In this document: piece after piece, positions 39,507 through 50,129 of the stretch | Layout of the letters: each line of letters begins with the position of its first letter | Position numbering within the stretch: position 1 is the first letter of the stretch | Source: an uncultured archaeon | GTDB lineage: Archaea > Thermoproteota > Nitrososphaeria > Nitrososphaerales > Gagatemarchaeaceae | Assembly: GCA_963799775.1 (NCBI GenBank) | Contig: CAWCYD010000003.1 | Location: 1,600,001 to 1,664,000 of the forward strand | Direction: 5' to 3' | Length of the DNA stretch: 64,000 bases | The notes under the pieces: generated by a model | What the model saw: the letters and a program-made list of their open reading frames with translations, nothing else | Told to the model about the DNA's origin: nothing | The model's database searches: none | Made by a program: the position numbers and the translations under genes

Positions 39507-40290
39507 TCACTTGGCCGGGACCGGCGCGACCTCCGTCAGCGGGTTGGGCGACTTCTTGGTGACGCAATACAACCCGTCCACTCCCGCGATCATGGCCGCG
39601 GCCATCTCGGGGGAGGCCTTGCCGCCTTCGGTGAGGAGGCGGTCGACCTCCTTCATGCACCTCAGCTCCGACTCTATTAATGAAACAGCGACCTTCTGCT
39701 TGTCGACCCTCCGCGTCTGGAGCATCTGCATCGCGGTGACAAAGTGTGGGAAGCAGATCCGGCCGCTTTTCTCGAACTTGTCGCGGAACTCGTCGTCGTG
39801 CCCGAGCATGTCGATGAAGCGTCCTCGCCCTCCTTCCGTCGATGAGGAGCAGCCTGCGGCAGATCTCGCATATCCTGGAGCCCTCCATCATCTTCCTCAA
39901 CTTCGCCGGGCTCTGCTCCAGGACGGCTTGCGGACCCCGCTCCTTGGAGAGGAAGTTCAGGGACTTGCGCGAGCCTGTGAAGGAGCCTTGCATGTCGGTC
40001 AGCTTCTCCATGAACATCTGGATCGTGTCCTCGGCGTACATTGCGTACCCCAGACCGTCGGGGATCCCGCCCGAGAAGACGACATTGTAGAGGGCGTTCA
40101 TGTGGTTGTTGCAGAAACCCGCGGAGTCCACGACGTCCTTCCTGAAGGCCTGGTCCATCGAGACCTCGTTGTCCTCCACTAGCTCCATCCCCTGGAACTC
40201 GTCCTTCTTCCAGAGATAGCACATGATGCACCCCTCGTTCCTCTCTAGAGACTCGAGGATGGGGACTGTGGCGGGGCTTATCTTGACCAT
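39507..40290 (-). CDS. DUF6062-like protein (frameshift near 39815)
   Basis: CIMC..GFCNNH..CEIC..ICFPH. Confidence 0.65.
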
Positions 40291-40438
40291 GGCGAGGACG
40301 AGCGCCTTTCTCTCATGTTGCGCTGAGAGTTAAGGCTATCGCGCAGGTCGCAAGGGACATCTGCGAAGCATGAAGTTCCTCCCGATTCGTCGTGGCAAAA
40401 TTAAGTAGCCTCCCCGCGGGCAGCCTCCACAGGTTTCT

Positions 40439-41708
40439 TTGAGCAAGTTCGCCCACATGTCAGACATCCACCTCGGGGCGCACCGAGAGCCCGCGCTCAA
40501 GGAGCTCGAGCGCAAGTGCTTCGCCGAGGCGATGGACATGTGCGTCAAAGAAGGGGTCGACTTCCTCCTGATCTCTGGCGACCTGTTCCACGTGGGGATA
40601 CCCGACCTGAGCGTGGTCAACGACGCCGTCAAGAAGATGAGGGAGCTGCGGGACGCGAAGATCCCCATCTACGCCATCTACGGGAGCCACGACTACACAC
40701 CCACGGGGACGTCAATCATCGACATCCTGGACACAGCCGGGATCCTCACCAATGTGATGCGCGCCCACGCCGCAGACGGGAAGCTCCGTCTCCAGATGTT
40801 CACCGACCCTGAGACAGGCGCCAAGCTCACCGGGATAGCCGCCAGGAAGGTCGGGCTCGAGAGCAAGCAGTACGAGATTCTCGACAAGGAGTCCCTCGAG
40901 AAGGAGACCGGGTTCAAGGTCTTCGCGTTCCACAGCGGTATAACTCAGTTCAAGCCGGACTACCTCAGCGAGATGGAGACCCTCGACATCAACGCTCTTC
41001 CCAAGGGGTTCGACTACTACGCGGGGGGGCACATCCACCAGAGGGGGGAGTACCACCTCCCCGGGTACCAGAGGGTGGTCTTCCCCGGGCCGCTGTTCAC
41101 GGGATACGGGGGGAATGAACCTCGAGATGACGGCACGGGGAGAAAGAAGGGGATTCTACGTGGTGGACTTCGACGATAGGTTCCGCTCGATGAGATTCCT
41201 CCCTGTCGAGGGGTTCCTCGGGGCGTACCTAGAGTGCGAAGTCGGGGGGATGAACTCGGCCGAGGCGAACAAGGAGCTCCAGGAGAAGGCGGCGCGGCTC
41301 GAGGCCAAGGGGAAGGTCGTTGTGATCAGGGTCGCGGGGGAGCTCGCTGGCGGGAAGACGACGGAGGTCGACCTCCACGCGGCGAGGAAGGTCGTGACGG
41401 AAAGGGGCGCGGTCTGCGTCTACGTCAACCGCAACGCCCTGACCTCCAGGGAGCAGGCGCAGGTCAAGGTCGCGGGGGAGGACGCTGCCACCATCGAGAG
41501 GAACCTGTTCAAGGAGGGCGCGGGCAAGCTCAGACTCTCGGCCAAGGAGCTGACAGGAGAGGGCGGGGCTGACCGCGCGGTCGAGCTCCTGAGGTTGCTG
41601 AGGCAAGGGCAGAGGTCGAACGAGCTGAAGAAGGACTACTCCAGGCGCGTGGTCGAGGCGGGAGCCCAGGCCCTGATCGCCAAGGAGCTCCTGGAGGAGC
41701 CGGCTTGA
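40439..41708 (+). CDS. mre11: Mre11 nuclease (frameshift near 41115)
   Basis: SDIHLG, GDLFH, GSHD, FHSG, GGHIH. Confidence 0.9.
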
Positions 41709-43711
41709 TAGTCAAGCGCCTGAGGATGGAGAATTTCAGGAGCTACAGGCGCGCGGAGGTAGAGTTCCCGGGCGGGAAGACGCTGTTCGAGGGGGACATA
41801 GGTTCCGGCAAGTCGACGATCCTGATGGCTGTCGAGTTCGCCCTGTTCGGGCTTGGGAACGCGAGGGCGTCATCCCTCCTCAAGTTCGGCGAGAACAGGG
41901 GGAGCGTGGAGCTCGAGTTCGAGGCGGGCGGGAAGGAGTACTCCGTCAGGAGAGTCCTCGCCAGGAAGGGCGGGTCCATCCAGCAGGTCGAGGGGAAGCT
42001 CAGGGGGCCGGACGGCGAGGAGGACTACCCTCCGACGGAGATGAAGGAGAAAATCCTCGAGATACTCAACTTCCGAGAGTCGACGGAGCCCAGGTCGAGG
42101 AGCCTCATCTACCAGTACGCCATCTATTCGCGCCAGGAGGAGATGAAGCTGATCCTCGAGCTGGAGGCGGGGGAGAGGGTCTCCATCCTCAGGAGGGCGT
42201 TCGGGCTGGAGGAGTACAAGACCGCGATGGAGAATGCGGAGGAGCTGCTCCGCAAAATCCAGGCAAAGAGGTCGCAGTTCGAGGTGGCGTCGAGGGAGAT
42301 CCCCGCGCTCAAGAAGGAGATGGCGGACGCCGAGGAGAGCATGCGGAGGGGCGAGCACGACCTGGTCTCGCTCAGGGCCTCCGAGGCCGCGCGGGAGGAG
42401 AGCGTAGCGAGGCTGGACAAGCAGAAGGAGGAGATGCACGAGCTCGAGATGCAGCTGGCAAACGCGCTCGCGGACCAGAAGCACCTGGCGAAGGACATCG
42501 AGAGGCACAAGCAGGAGGCGGAGTCCGCCGACGAGGAGCTGGAGACCCTCGACAGGAAGAGCGCCAGGCTCAACTCAAATCAGGCGGGCGCGCCTCCCAC
42601 GGAGAAGACGGTCGAAGAGCTGAAGGCCGCGATGGCGGCGACGAGGAAAGCCATCGCCCGGCACGAGGCCTCCGAGGCCGAGATGGGGACGAAGATCAGC
42701 CAGTTCGAGTCTGTGGCCGAATGGGGGAGGTGCCCGGTCTGCGACCGCGAGGCCAAGCCAGCGGACTATGTCATGAGGGCGACCGAGCTCGCGGAGAAGA
42801 GGAAGGCCAACTCCGGGCACATCGAGTCGCTCAACCTCGAGCTGGAGAGCCTGGAGGCGGTCATCGACAAGAGGAGGGTGTACGACTCGGCCGTGGCTGC
42901 GGAGAAGGAGAGCGCGGGCCTCGCGGAGGACTACGCGAGGGAGTCTAGCAAGAGGAGCAGGCAACTGGCCACAGCCAGGGCGGGCGTCGAGGCCGGCGAG
43001 AAGAGCATGGCCGACCTGGAGAAGAGGGTCCGCGTCCTCAAGGAGGAGACGAAGGAGCTCGAGGCGATACGCAAGAGGCTCGACTCCGCGAGGCGCGAGC
43101 TCGGGCAGACGGAGGAGAAGATCGCCGGCCTGAGGAGCGACTTCAGGAAGTGGGAGGCTGACGCGAAGAGGTGCGCTGAGTCGATAGCAAGGAAGGAAAG
43201 GTCAGCGGCCAAGGCGACGGCGCTCAGGGAGAGGGAGATCTGGCTGGAGGAGTTCTTCGTCCCCACGCTGGCCGCGATAGAGAGGCACGTGATGGTCTCG
43301 ATCAACCGCGAGTTCGACGCGAGCTTCCAGAGGTGGTTCGGGATATTGATGGAAGGCGGCGGGAAGGAGGCGCGCGTCGACGAGGATTTCACCCCACTGG
43401 TCGAGCAGGAGGGCTACGAGCAGGAGGTCGAGTCGCTGAGCGGCGGGGAGAGGACGAGCGTCGCCCTGGCGTACAGGCTCGCGCTCAGCCAGATAGTCCA
43501 GAGGCACGCCGAGGCGGGGCCGAGCTCGCTCATCCTCGACGAGCCCACCGACGGCTTCAGCAAGGAGCAGCTCGGGAAGGTGCGCGAAATCCTCGACGAG
43601 ATGGCCAACCCACAGGTCATCATCGTGTCGCACGAGAGGGAGCTCGAGAGCATGGCCGACCAGATATACAGGGTAGCAAAGGTCGGGAACGAGTCCAAGA
43701 TCACACGCTGA
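41705..43711 (+). CDS. rad50: Rad50 ATPase
   Basis: GDIGSGKST, coiled coil with CPVC hook, LSGGE, LILDEPT. Confidence 0.92.
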   Translation: MIVKRLRMENFRSYRRAEVEFPGGKTLFEGDIGSGKSTILMAVEFALFGLGNARASSLLKFGENRGSVELEFEAGGKEYSVRRVLARKGGSIQQVEGKLRGPDGEEDYPPTEMKEKILEILNFRESTEPRSRSLIYQYAIYSRQEEMKLILELEAGERVSILRRAFGLEEYKTAMENAEELLRKIQAKRSQFEVASREIPALKKEMADAEESMRRGEHDLVSLRASEAAREESVARLDKQKEEMHELEMQLANALADQKHLAKDIERHKQEAESADEELETLDRKSARLNSNQAGAPPTEKTVEELKAAMAATRKAIARHEASEAEMGTKISQFESVAEWGRCPVCDREAKPADYVMRATELAEKRKANSGHIESLNLELESLEAVIDKRRVYDSAVAAEKESAGLAEDYARESSKRSRQLATARAGVEAGEKSMADLEKRVRVLKEETKELEAIRKRLDSARRELGQTEEKIAGLRSDFRKWEADAKRCAESIARKERSAAKATALREREIWLEEFFVPTLAAIERHVMVSINREFDASFQRWFGILMEGGGKEARVDEDFTPLVEQEGYEQEVESLSGGERTSVALAYRLALSQIVQRHAEAGPSSLILDEPTDGFSKEQLGKVREILDEMANPQVIIVSHERELESMADQIYRVAKVGNESKITR

Positions 43712-43815
43712 CCAGAGGCCTTTAAGAGGACCGGGCGGATATTCCGGGCGAACTGCCCCGAAGAATCACCTGGCTCTCCAACGTCATCTCCGCAGAGAAG
43801 ATCGGGTTCGACGAC

Positions 43816-45063
43816 GTGGCGCGCTCCATCGAGGTGGTGGAGGCCCCGCCCGCCTGGATGTGTTTGAAGTGCCGGGGCGCGAAGCTCCTCTGCGGCAAGC
43901 CGAGGTGCCCCATCATTGTGAAGGCCGAGGCGATCGGCAGGTCGAACTACGCCTACACCGATCACATCGCAGGGTCGTCGCCGCCCGGGGTCTTCGTGGG
44001 GAGGATCGGGTACCCGAAGGTCTCGATAGGGCCCATGGTCCCGCCGCGATACGGCGACACCTCCATACTGGACACGCCTGAGCTCTGGCTCGGCAAGCCT
44101 CTGGAGTCCATCGTCGACTACCGGTACTCGCTCGTGAGGGGGAACACGTGGGCCGACATCCACGACGCGGTTGACCCGGGGAGGACGCTCCAGCAGCTCC
44201 AGGAGTTGTCGATGGCGGCGAGGCCTGTCGACTCGGACCTCAGGCTCTCAAAGGCCCCTAGGAAAGTCCTGACGCTCAGCGAGGACACGCAGCCGTTCGG
44301 CCCCTCCGCTCCGATGGAGAAGCTCCGGACCTCGAACGTCACGGTGGAGAGGAAGATCGAGAAGCCCTACTACGACAGGGACCTGAAGGCCGCCGAGGCG
44401 ATCTTCTCGCTCTACAGGGAAGGGATCATGGTCACGCGGATCCAGAGGGCGCTCAGCATCGGGATGTTCGGGGAGGGCCCGAGGCGCAGGCTCGTCCCGA
44501 CGAGGTGGAGCATCACCGCGGTGGATAGCACGATAAGCTCCAACCTCATCGAGAAGGTCAAGGGGTTCCAGACCATCGACGAATACAGGGTCTACAGCTT
44601 CAGCGTCTACGACAACCAGTATGTTGCGATGCTCCTCCCCGAGCCCTGGAGGTTCGAGTGGATCGAGGCCTGGTTCCCCAACACCACCTGGAACCAGTTC
44701 ACGCAGGAGCCCTACATGATCGGCGACTACGAGGAGCACTTCGGCAGGCGCACCTACGCGAAGGTGGGAGGCTGCTACTACTCCACACGGCTCGCAGTCG
44801 GCGAGGCCCTCGAGAAGGAGAGGCGGCAGGCCGCCGCGATCGTATTGAGGGAGACGTATCCCGGATATCTTATGCCGCTGGGGGTCTGGAACGTGAGGGA
44901 GAGCATCAGGGAGCTGATGAAGCAGAAGCCCGAGAGGTTCGACTCGTTCAGGCCCGCCCTGGACGCGGCCCTCGCGAGGATGAAGATCCCATCGAAGACC
45001 TGGAGGGGCACTTCGGTCCTCATCTCGAGGGAGCTGACGCAGGCGAAGATAACGAGCTACTGA
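43816..45063 (+). CDS. nreA: Nre-family DNA repair protein
   Basis: CLKCRG..LCG..CP, SPPGVFVGR.GYP, LVPTRWSITAVD, C-terminal PIP-like QAKITSY. Confidence 0.92.
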   Translation: MARSIEVVEAPPAWMCLKCRGAKLLCGKPRCPIIVKAEAIGRSNYAYTDHIAGSSPPGVFVGRIGYPKVSIGPMVPPRYGDTSILDTPELWLGKPLESIVDYRYSLVRGNTWADIHDAVDPGRTLQQLQELSMAARPVDSDLRLSKAPRKVLTLSEDTQPFGPSAPMEKLRTSNVTVERKIEKPYYDRDLKAAEAIFSLYREGIMVTRIQRALSIGMFGEGPRRRLVPTRWSITAVDSTISSNLIEKVKGFQTIDEYRVYSFSVYDNQYVAMLLPEPWRFEWIEAWFPNTTWNQFTQEPYMIGDYEEHFGRRTYAKVGGCYYSTRLAVGEALEKERRQAAAIVLRETYPGYLMPLGVWNVRESIRELMKQKPERFDSFRPALDAALARMKIPSKTWRGTSVLISRELTQAKITSY

Positions 45064-45114
45064 ACGCAGAGGTCTCAATCTACGGTTATCTATCGGTCAT
45101 GAGACTTCGTTGTC

Positions 45115-45487
45115 ATGGCATCGCACCTTAGAGTGGGCTCGATAGTCACCGATAGCGTGAAGTTCGACGAGATGATGGCCTTCTGGCAGAAGGCCCTCCA
45201 CTACGAGCCGAAGTATCCCCCCGACCACGGATGGGTGATTCTCCGAGATCCGGAAGGAAGAGGCCCTGAACATCTCCCTGAACCGGGTGCGCAAGAAGAT
45301 TCCCGGCAGGAACAACCTCCACCTGGACCTTTACAGCGGCGACAGGGAGCTCGAGGTCGAGAGGCTGGTCGGGATGGGCGCCAGGCGCCACCGCCAGACA
45401 TACTCTTCAGGAGACGACTTCAGGGTCCTAGAGGACCCCGACGGCAAGCTCTTCTGCGTGGTCCAGCTACCAAAGGGAGCCACCTAG
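45115..45487 (+). CDS. VOC/glyoxalase-like protein (frameshift near 45270)
   Basis: AFWQKAL..NNLHLDL..EVERLVGMGA..VLEDPDGKLFCV. Confidence 0.8.
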
Positions 45488-45975
45488 GCGAAGGTCACGG
45501 GCGTCCCTACCTTGATGTCGTTTGCCGCGGCGAAGCCGCCCTTCGCCTCTATCACGTAGTTGGCCCTCGCGTTGGGCTCGTAGCTCGCGCAGATGACGGA
45601 GACGTGGCATGGAGGCGAGTCGAGGGCGAGGTAGACGAAGCTCCCCGTGTCGGTGCCCGGGGTGGTGTTGACCCACATTATGTCCAGGCTGGAGTTGACG
45701 CCATACATCCAGAAGGAGTAGTAGCCTGGGTTCGGGAAGACGAAGAGCTCCGTCGTACTGTTCGTCACGTCGACGCCCATCAGGCCCTTTTGGAGGGCCG
45801 TCTGGTTGGTCGCGAGGTAGGTCAGCTTGAACGTCTTTCCGTCAACTGAGAAGCTGGTGTAGTGGACGTTCGGCGAGCTCGCAATCGGCGTAGAATCATA
45901 TATGAGAACGCTGGCAGCAATCAAGAGCAGGGGGACGAGCACGACCACCAATATCAGGAGCCTGACTCTGTTCAC
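45484..45975 (-). CDS. DUF192-family protein
   Basis: QKGLM..LFVF..SFWM..LDIMW..YVIEAKGG. Confidence 0.85.
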   Translation of the reverse strand: MNRVRLLILVVVLVPLLLIAASVLIYDSTPIASSPNVHYTSFSVDGKTFKLTYLATNQTALQKGLMGVDVTNSTTELFVFPNPGYYSFWMYGVNSSLDIMWVNTTPGTDTGSFVYLALDSPPCHVSVICASYEPNARANYVIEAKGGFAAANDIKVGTPVTFA

Positions 45976-46064
45976 GAACCCGCCGACCCTCCAGCCGACT
46001 TCGAGCCTCTGCGTTCTTCCGGATATCTGTTGGGGCCTATGGTGGCCCCGAGGAGAGGCTCGCC

Positions 46065-46763
46065 ATGACTGAGAAGCTCTTCTGGCAGGACGCATACATC
46101 AGGGAGTTCGATGCGAAGGTCGAGTCTCTGGAGGAGGTAGGAGTCAGGCTTGACAAGACGGCCTTCAATCCCCGGGGAGGCGGCCTCGTCTCCGATGTGG
46201 GCAGGCTGAACGACATCAGGGTGGTCGAGGTCGTGAAGAGAGACGAGGAGGTCTACCACGTCCTGGAACCTGGGGCTTCGCTGAGGCCCGGCGACGCCGT
46301 CCACGGGGTCATCGACTGGGAGATGAGGCACAGGGTGATGAGGATGCACACCACAGCCCACATACTCAGCGCCGTCGTCAACCGCGAGACCGGCGCGCTG
46401 ATTACCGGGAACCAGATCGCCCCGATGGAGTCGCGCATCGACTTCTCGCTCGAGGCCTTCGACAGGGAGAAGTTCGGGGCCTACGTGAAGATGGCCAACG
46501 ATGCGGCGGCTAGTGGCGCACTGGTGACCTCATTCTTCATGAAGAAAGAGGAGGCGCTCAACACTCCTGGGTTCGTCAAGCTCGCCGGTGCACTGCCTCC
46601 TGATGTCGCTGAGCTCAGGATAGTCAAGATAGGGGAGATTGACACTCAGGCTGACGGGGGAGTCCACGTGAGGAACACCTCTGAGATTGGAGAGATAGTC
46701 GTGGAGAAGATTGAGAACAAGGGCAAGAGCAACAGGCGGCTCTACTTCTCGTTGCGGTCGTAG
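46065..46763 (+). CDS. alaX: AlaX-type alanyl-tRNA editing protein
   Basis: LDKTAFNPRGGG, MRMHTTAH, DGGVH. Confidence 0.9.
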   Translation: MTEKLFWQDAYIREFDAKVESLEEVGVRLDKTAFNPRGGGLVSDVGRLNDIRVVEVVKRDEEVYHVLEPGASLRPGDAVHGVIDWEMRHRVMRMHTTAHILSAVVNRETGALITGNQIAPMESRIDFSLEAFDREKFGAYVKMANDAAASGALVTSFFMKKEEALNTPGFVKLAGALPPDVAELRIVKIGEIDTQADGGVHVRNTSEIGEIVVEKIENKGKSNRRLYFSLRS

Positions 46764-46840
46764 GGTCGACATCAAAAAAGATGATCTTTGAACTTGGGCA
46801 CATCCGAGAGAAAGAGAGAGGAAGGGATAGACTCGTTTGC

Positions 46841-47857
46841 CTAAGCGCCAAAACTCCCTGCCGGCCCGATGTCTGCCACAGTCAACACGGATGTCAACGT
46901 AGGGTCTTCCACCACCAGTATCACGCGACCGTTGACCCTGAAGTAGAGGTCGACGACCAGATTGGAATTGCTGCCACCACAACCGTTAGCGTTCACGTGC
47001 ATCGCGTAATTGTGGCTTGGGAGAAGCTGAACGGGTGCAGGAGGATATGAAACAGGCAGACCCTGACTGTAGGCTTGAAAGGCAGACGAACTGTTCGCTA
47101 TGTTGATCGCCTCTGCGGTATTGAAAGCAATATTGCTGTCCACGGACTGAATGGCTTGACCTATGCAGGCTACGGTAGAAGGAGCGTTGACCGTCGGTGG
47201 TGATGATGAAGACGAGGAGAATCCACCACTAATCACGAAAACGCTTCCTGGAGCTCGCGACTGAATTGTGGCCACGATCTCGATGACCTGGCTCCCGTTC
47301 GTCGGGATTATAGTCGCCGCATCGGTGTCCGCCACAAAGTAATAGCTAGAGTACGAACGCGAGATTGAAATCCAACCTGTGCCGTTCGTTATGTAATTCT
47401 TCTGCGGACATGGTGGAAATGTGACCGAAGTCCCGTTAGCCATGAGCGTGGTGCCATTGGCAAAAGTCTCGACGGCTGGGCCATGAACACATTCGTTCAC
47501 AAACCATCCATCGGGAGTCGCTCCCATGTCGTTCACCGATGAGGCAGGGCTCAAGCTTACTCCCTCGCCAGGGATTGGGTCTCCTGTGGTTTGATTGATG
47601 ACATAAACCAGAACAGTCTGGTTGGCTGCTGTCGTTGTCGCAGGTATGGATTGAGAGGTCGAAGTTAACGACGATGATTGATTGTCAACGGTCGAAAGAG
47701 AGCTTGTGGATGACGAAGATTGGATGCCCATGCTCGACGCGGACCTCGACGTCGAGGACGTTACATTCGCCACAAAGGAGGGGAGGAACAATACAGCCAA
47801 TAATGAAACCGAGATGACAGCTGGCACAGACACGAAAGCGATTTCTTTCGTTCTCAA
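46841..47857 (-). CDS. secreted Ser/Thr-rich protein (MRTKE leader)
   Basis: same architecture as the island proteins. Confidence 0.65.
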   Translation of the reverse strand: MRTKEIAFVSVPAVISVSLLAVLFLPSFVANVTSSTSRSASSMGIQSSSSTSSLSTVDNQSSSLTSTSQSIPATTTAANQTVLVYVINQTTGDPIPGEGVSLSPASSVNDMGATPDGWFVNECVHGPAVETFANGTTLMANGTSVTFPPCPQKNYITNGTGWISISRSYSSYYFVADTDAATIIPTNGSQVIEIVATIQSRAPGSVFVISGGFSSSSSSPPTVNAPSTVACIGQAIQSVDSNIAFNTAEAINIANSSSAFQAYSQGLPVSYPPAPVQLLPSHNYAMHVNANGCGGSNSNLVVDLYFRVNGRVILVVEDPTLTSVLTVADIGPAGSFGA

Positions 47858-47942
47858 GCGTTACAGAATTCGGTTGGTGCCAAGTATTATTCCCTCTGGA
47901 GGCTGGTTCCCTAACCTTGCGTCAGGCGGCTCTACTTCTCGC

Positions 47943-48830
47943 TCAAGCCGTGAGGTAGAGCAGCGCGGCGACGCTCGCGATTACGACCACGATCCCGACG
48001 GCGTAGTTGGGCCTGACCTTCTCCTTGAGGAAGATCAACGCGAACCCGACGGTGAAGACGGCCCCCATGCCTCCGAGGGTCGTGGTTATCGGCAGAGCTG
48101 CAATCGTCGAGGAGTAGTAGAGTGCCAGATTGAAAGCTAGAAGCCCGGAGGCCTCCAGAGTCCCCATGACCAAGAGGCGGCGGAGAGGCCGGCCCGAGAC
48201 AGGCCTCAGATCCTCCTTCCAGACGACGCCCGCTAGGAACCCGACAGCCGCGGCTCCCAGTCGGGCCGAGATCGTGGGCAGAAGATATCCCATCTTCTCG
48301 TCGGCGTATCCCAGAGAGGTGAGGGCGACTGCGAACAGGAATGCGGACAATATCGCCTCCGGGATGCCAGGCGTGACGGTCCTCCTTCTCCCGTCTGAGG
48401 AATCTGCGTTCGAGACGCTCGTGGAGACGAGGATGATCGCGACTATCACGCCAGAGAGGGCGATCAGCTCGCCTTCGGAGAGCTCGATCTTCAAGATGAA
48501 GATGGAGAAGATTACGGAGAAGATAGGGAAGGAGTTCACGGTGGGGGAGATGATGGAGAGCTTGCCCCGCTGATATCCCCGATACATCAGCACGAACGCG
48601 ACGAACATGGACACGGAAATCAGGAGCAGGACCGCAGCGTCGAAGGGCGACGGCCAGGTCAATCCCCCCAGGAAGAGCGTCGGGACAATGAGGAGTGCTC
48701 CGCTCGTGGCAAGTGTGTAGACCGTCGCCCGGTAGAAGCCCACCTTGTTGCTCAGGCCCTTTGAGAGGTAGTCCGATGTCCCGAAGCAGAAGGCGAGTAG
48801 GAGGCCGAGGACCACTGCTGCAGAGATCAC
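47943..48830 (-). CDS. EamA/DMT-family transporter
   Basis: about 10 TM, LKEKV motif. Confidence 0.85.
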   Translation of the reverse strand: MISAAVVLGLLLAFCFGTSDYLSKGLSNKVGFYRATVYTLATSGALLIVPTLFLGGLTWPSPFDAAVLLLISVSMFVAFVLMYRGYQRGKLSIISPTVNSFPIFSVIFSIFILKIELSEGELIALSGVIVAIILVSTSVSNADSSDGRRRTVTPGIPEAILSAFLFAVALTSLGYADEKMGYLLPTISARLGAAAVGFLAGVVWKEDLRPVSGRPLRRLLVMGTLEASGLLAFNLALYYSSTIAALPITTTLGGMGAVFTVGFALIFLKEKVRPNYAVGIVVVIASVAALLYLTA

Positions 48831-48842
48831 TTTACGTCGCCC

Positions 48843-49520
48843 CTATGCCTTGGCAGGCCGCCTCCAATGCTCCTGGAGGGTCTCCTTGACCTCTTCGTCG
48901 CTCACCTGTTCGAAATTCTCGTAAAAGGCCCCGATCGCGTAGAAGGGCTCCGGGGTTAGCGGGCAGACGACGTAGTCCGCTTCGTGTCTCAGCTCCTCGA
49001 TCGTGCTCGGCGGGGCGACGGGAGCCGCGGCGACGACTATTCGGGCCCCGCGAGACCTCACCCACCTGAGCGAGACTATCATCGTCGCTCCTGTCGCGAT
49101 GCCGTCGTCGATGACAACCACGACCCTTCCCGAAATGGTCGGCTCAGGCCGGTCGTCCCGGTAGGCCTTGAACCTCCTTGCGGCCTCTCGCATCTCGGCG
49201 CTCTTCACGGCTTCGATGTAGCGGTCGCTCGCGCCAGTGATGCGGAGCGCCTCGGGGTTGAGGTATAGTGTGCCATCGTGCATCACCGCCCCGATGCCGT
49301 ACTCCGGGTTGCCTTCTGCGCCGAGCTTCCTTGGGACGACGAGGTCGAGGTCTGCCCCGACGGCCATCGACACCTCGTTTGCTATGGGGACGCCTCCCCT
49401 CGGGATCGCTAAGACGAGAGGCGGGCCTGAGGCGAGGACCTTCTCACCGAGCTCTTTCTTGAGTGCGGCGGCGAGCGCTCTTCCGGCTTCCTTCCTGTCC
49501 GCAAACACTGTTCGTGGCAT
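48843..49520 (-). CDS. phosphoribosyltransferase-family protein
   Basis: FADRKEAG, PRGG, VIDDGIATGAT. Confidence 0.88.
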   Translation of the reverse strand: MPRTVFADRKEAGRALAAALKKELGEKVLASGPPLVLAIPRGGVPIANEVSMAVGADLDLVVPRKLGAEGNPEYGIGAVMHDGTLYLNPEALRITGASDRYIEAVKSAEMREAARRFKAYRDDRPEPTISGRVVVVIDDGIATGATMIVSLRWVRSRGARIVVAAAPVAPPSTIEELRHEADYVVCPLTPEPFYAIGAFYENFEQVSDEEVKETLQEHWRRPAKA

Positions 49521-49577
49521 CTCGGGGGCGCGTCCGCTCTCGTGGCTCATCGAGGTTTTAAGGCCTCGAGGCCGTCC

Positions 49578-50129
49578 ATGCGTGACGTGACGCGGCGCAT
49601 CCAAGTCTCGGTCGTGGGCTACAACGAGGACTCGTGCACCAAGGTCGCGCGCGAGGCTGCTTACCAAGTCGGGATCGAGATTGCGAAGAAGGGATGGACT
49701 GTCGTCTGCGGCGGGTTGGGAGGCGTGATGGAGGCGGCCTGCAAAGGAGCTAGGGCGGGCGGAGGTCGTTCTGTGGGGATCGTCCCGTCAGCAGACCTCA
49801 CCCAGGCGAACGCCTGCTGCGACGTGGTCGTCGCATCCGGGCTGGGCAAGTCTAGGGACTTTCTGGTGGCCTACTCGGGCGATGCGATGATCGTGCTCGG
49901 AGGAGGAGCGGGGACGCTCATCGAGGTCGCAGCAGCGTATCAGGCGGGTAAGCCTATCGTCGCGGTCAGCGGGACGGGTGGCGTCGCTGACATGTGGGCT
50001 GGCAAGCACTTGGACCACCGGCGAACGACGAAGATACTTGGTGGAAAGGACGCGAAGGACGTGGTGCGGAAGATTGAGAATGAGTTGTCACGAGGGAGGA
50101 GAACGGCAGGCGGTCGAAGCAGCGACTAG
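49578..50129 (+). CDS. TIGR00725/LOG-family protein
   Basis: CGGLGGVMEAACKG, GGGAGTLIE. Confidence 0.88.
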   Translation: MRDVTRRIQVSVVGYNEDSCTKVAREAAYQVGIEIAKKGWTVVCGGLGGVMEAACKGARAGGGRSVGIVPSADLTQANACCDVVVASGLGKSRDFLVAYSGDAMIVLGGGAGTLIEVAAAYQAGKPIVAVSGTGGVADMWAGKHLDHRRTTKILGGKDAKDVVRKIENELSRGRRTAGGRSSD

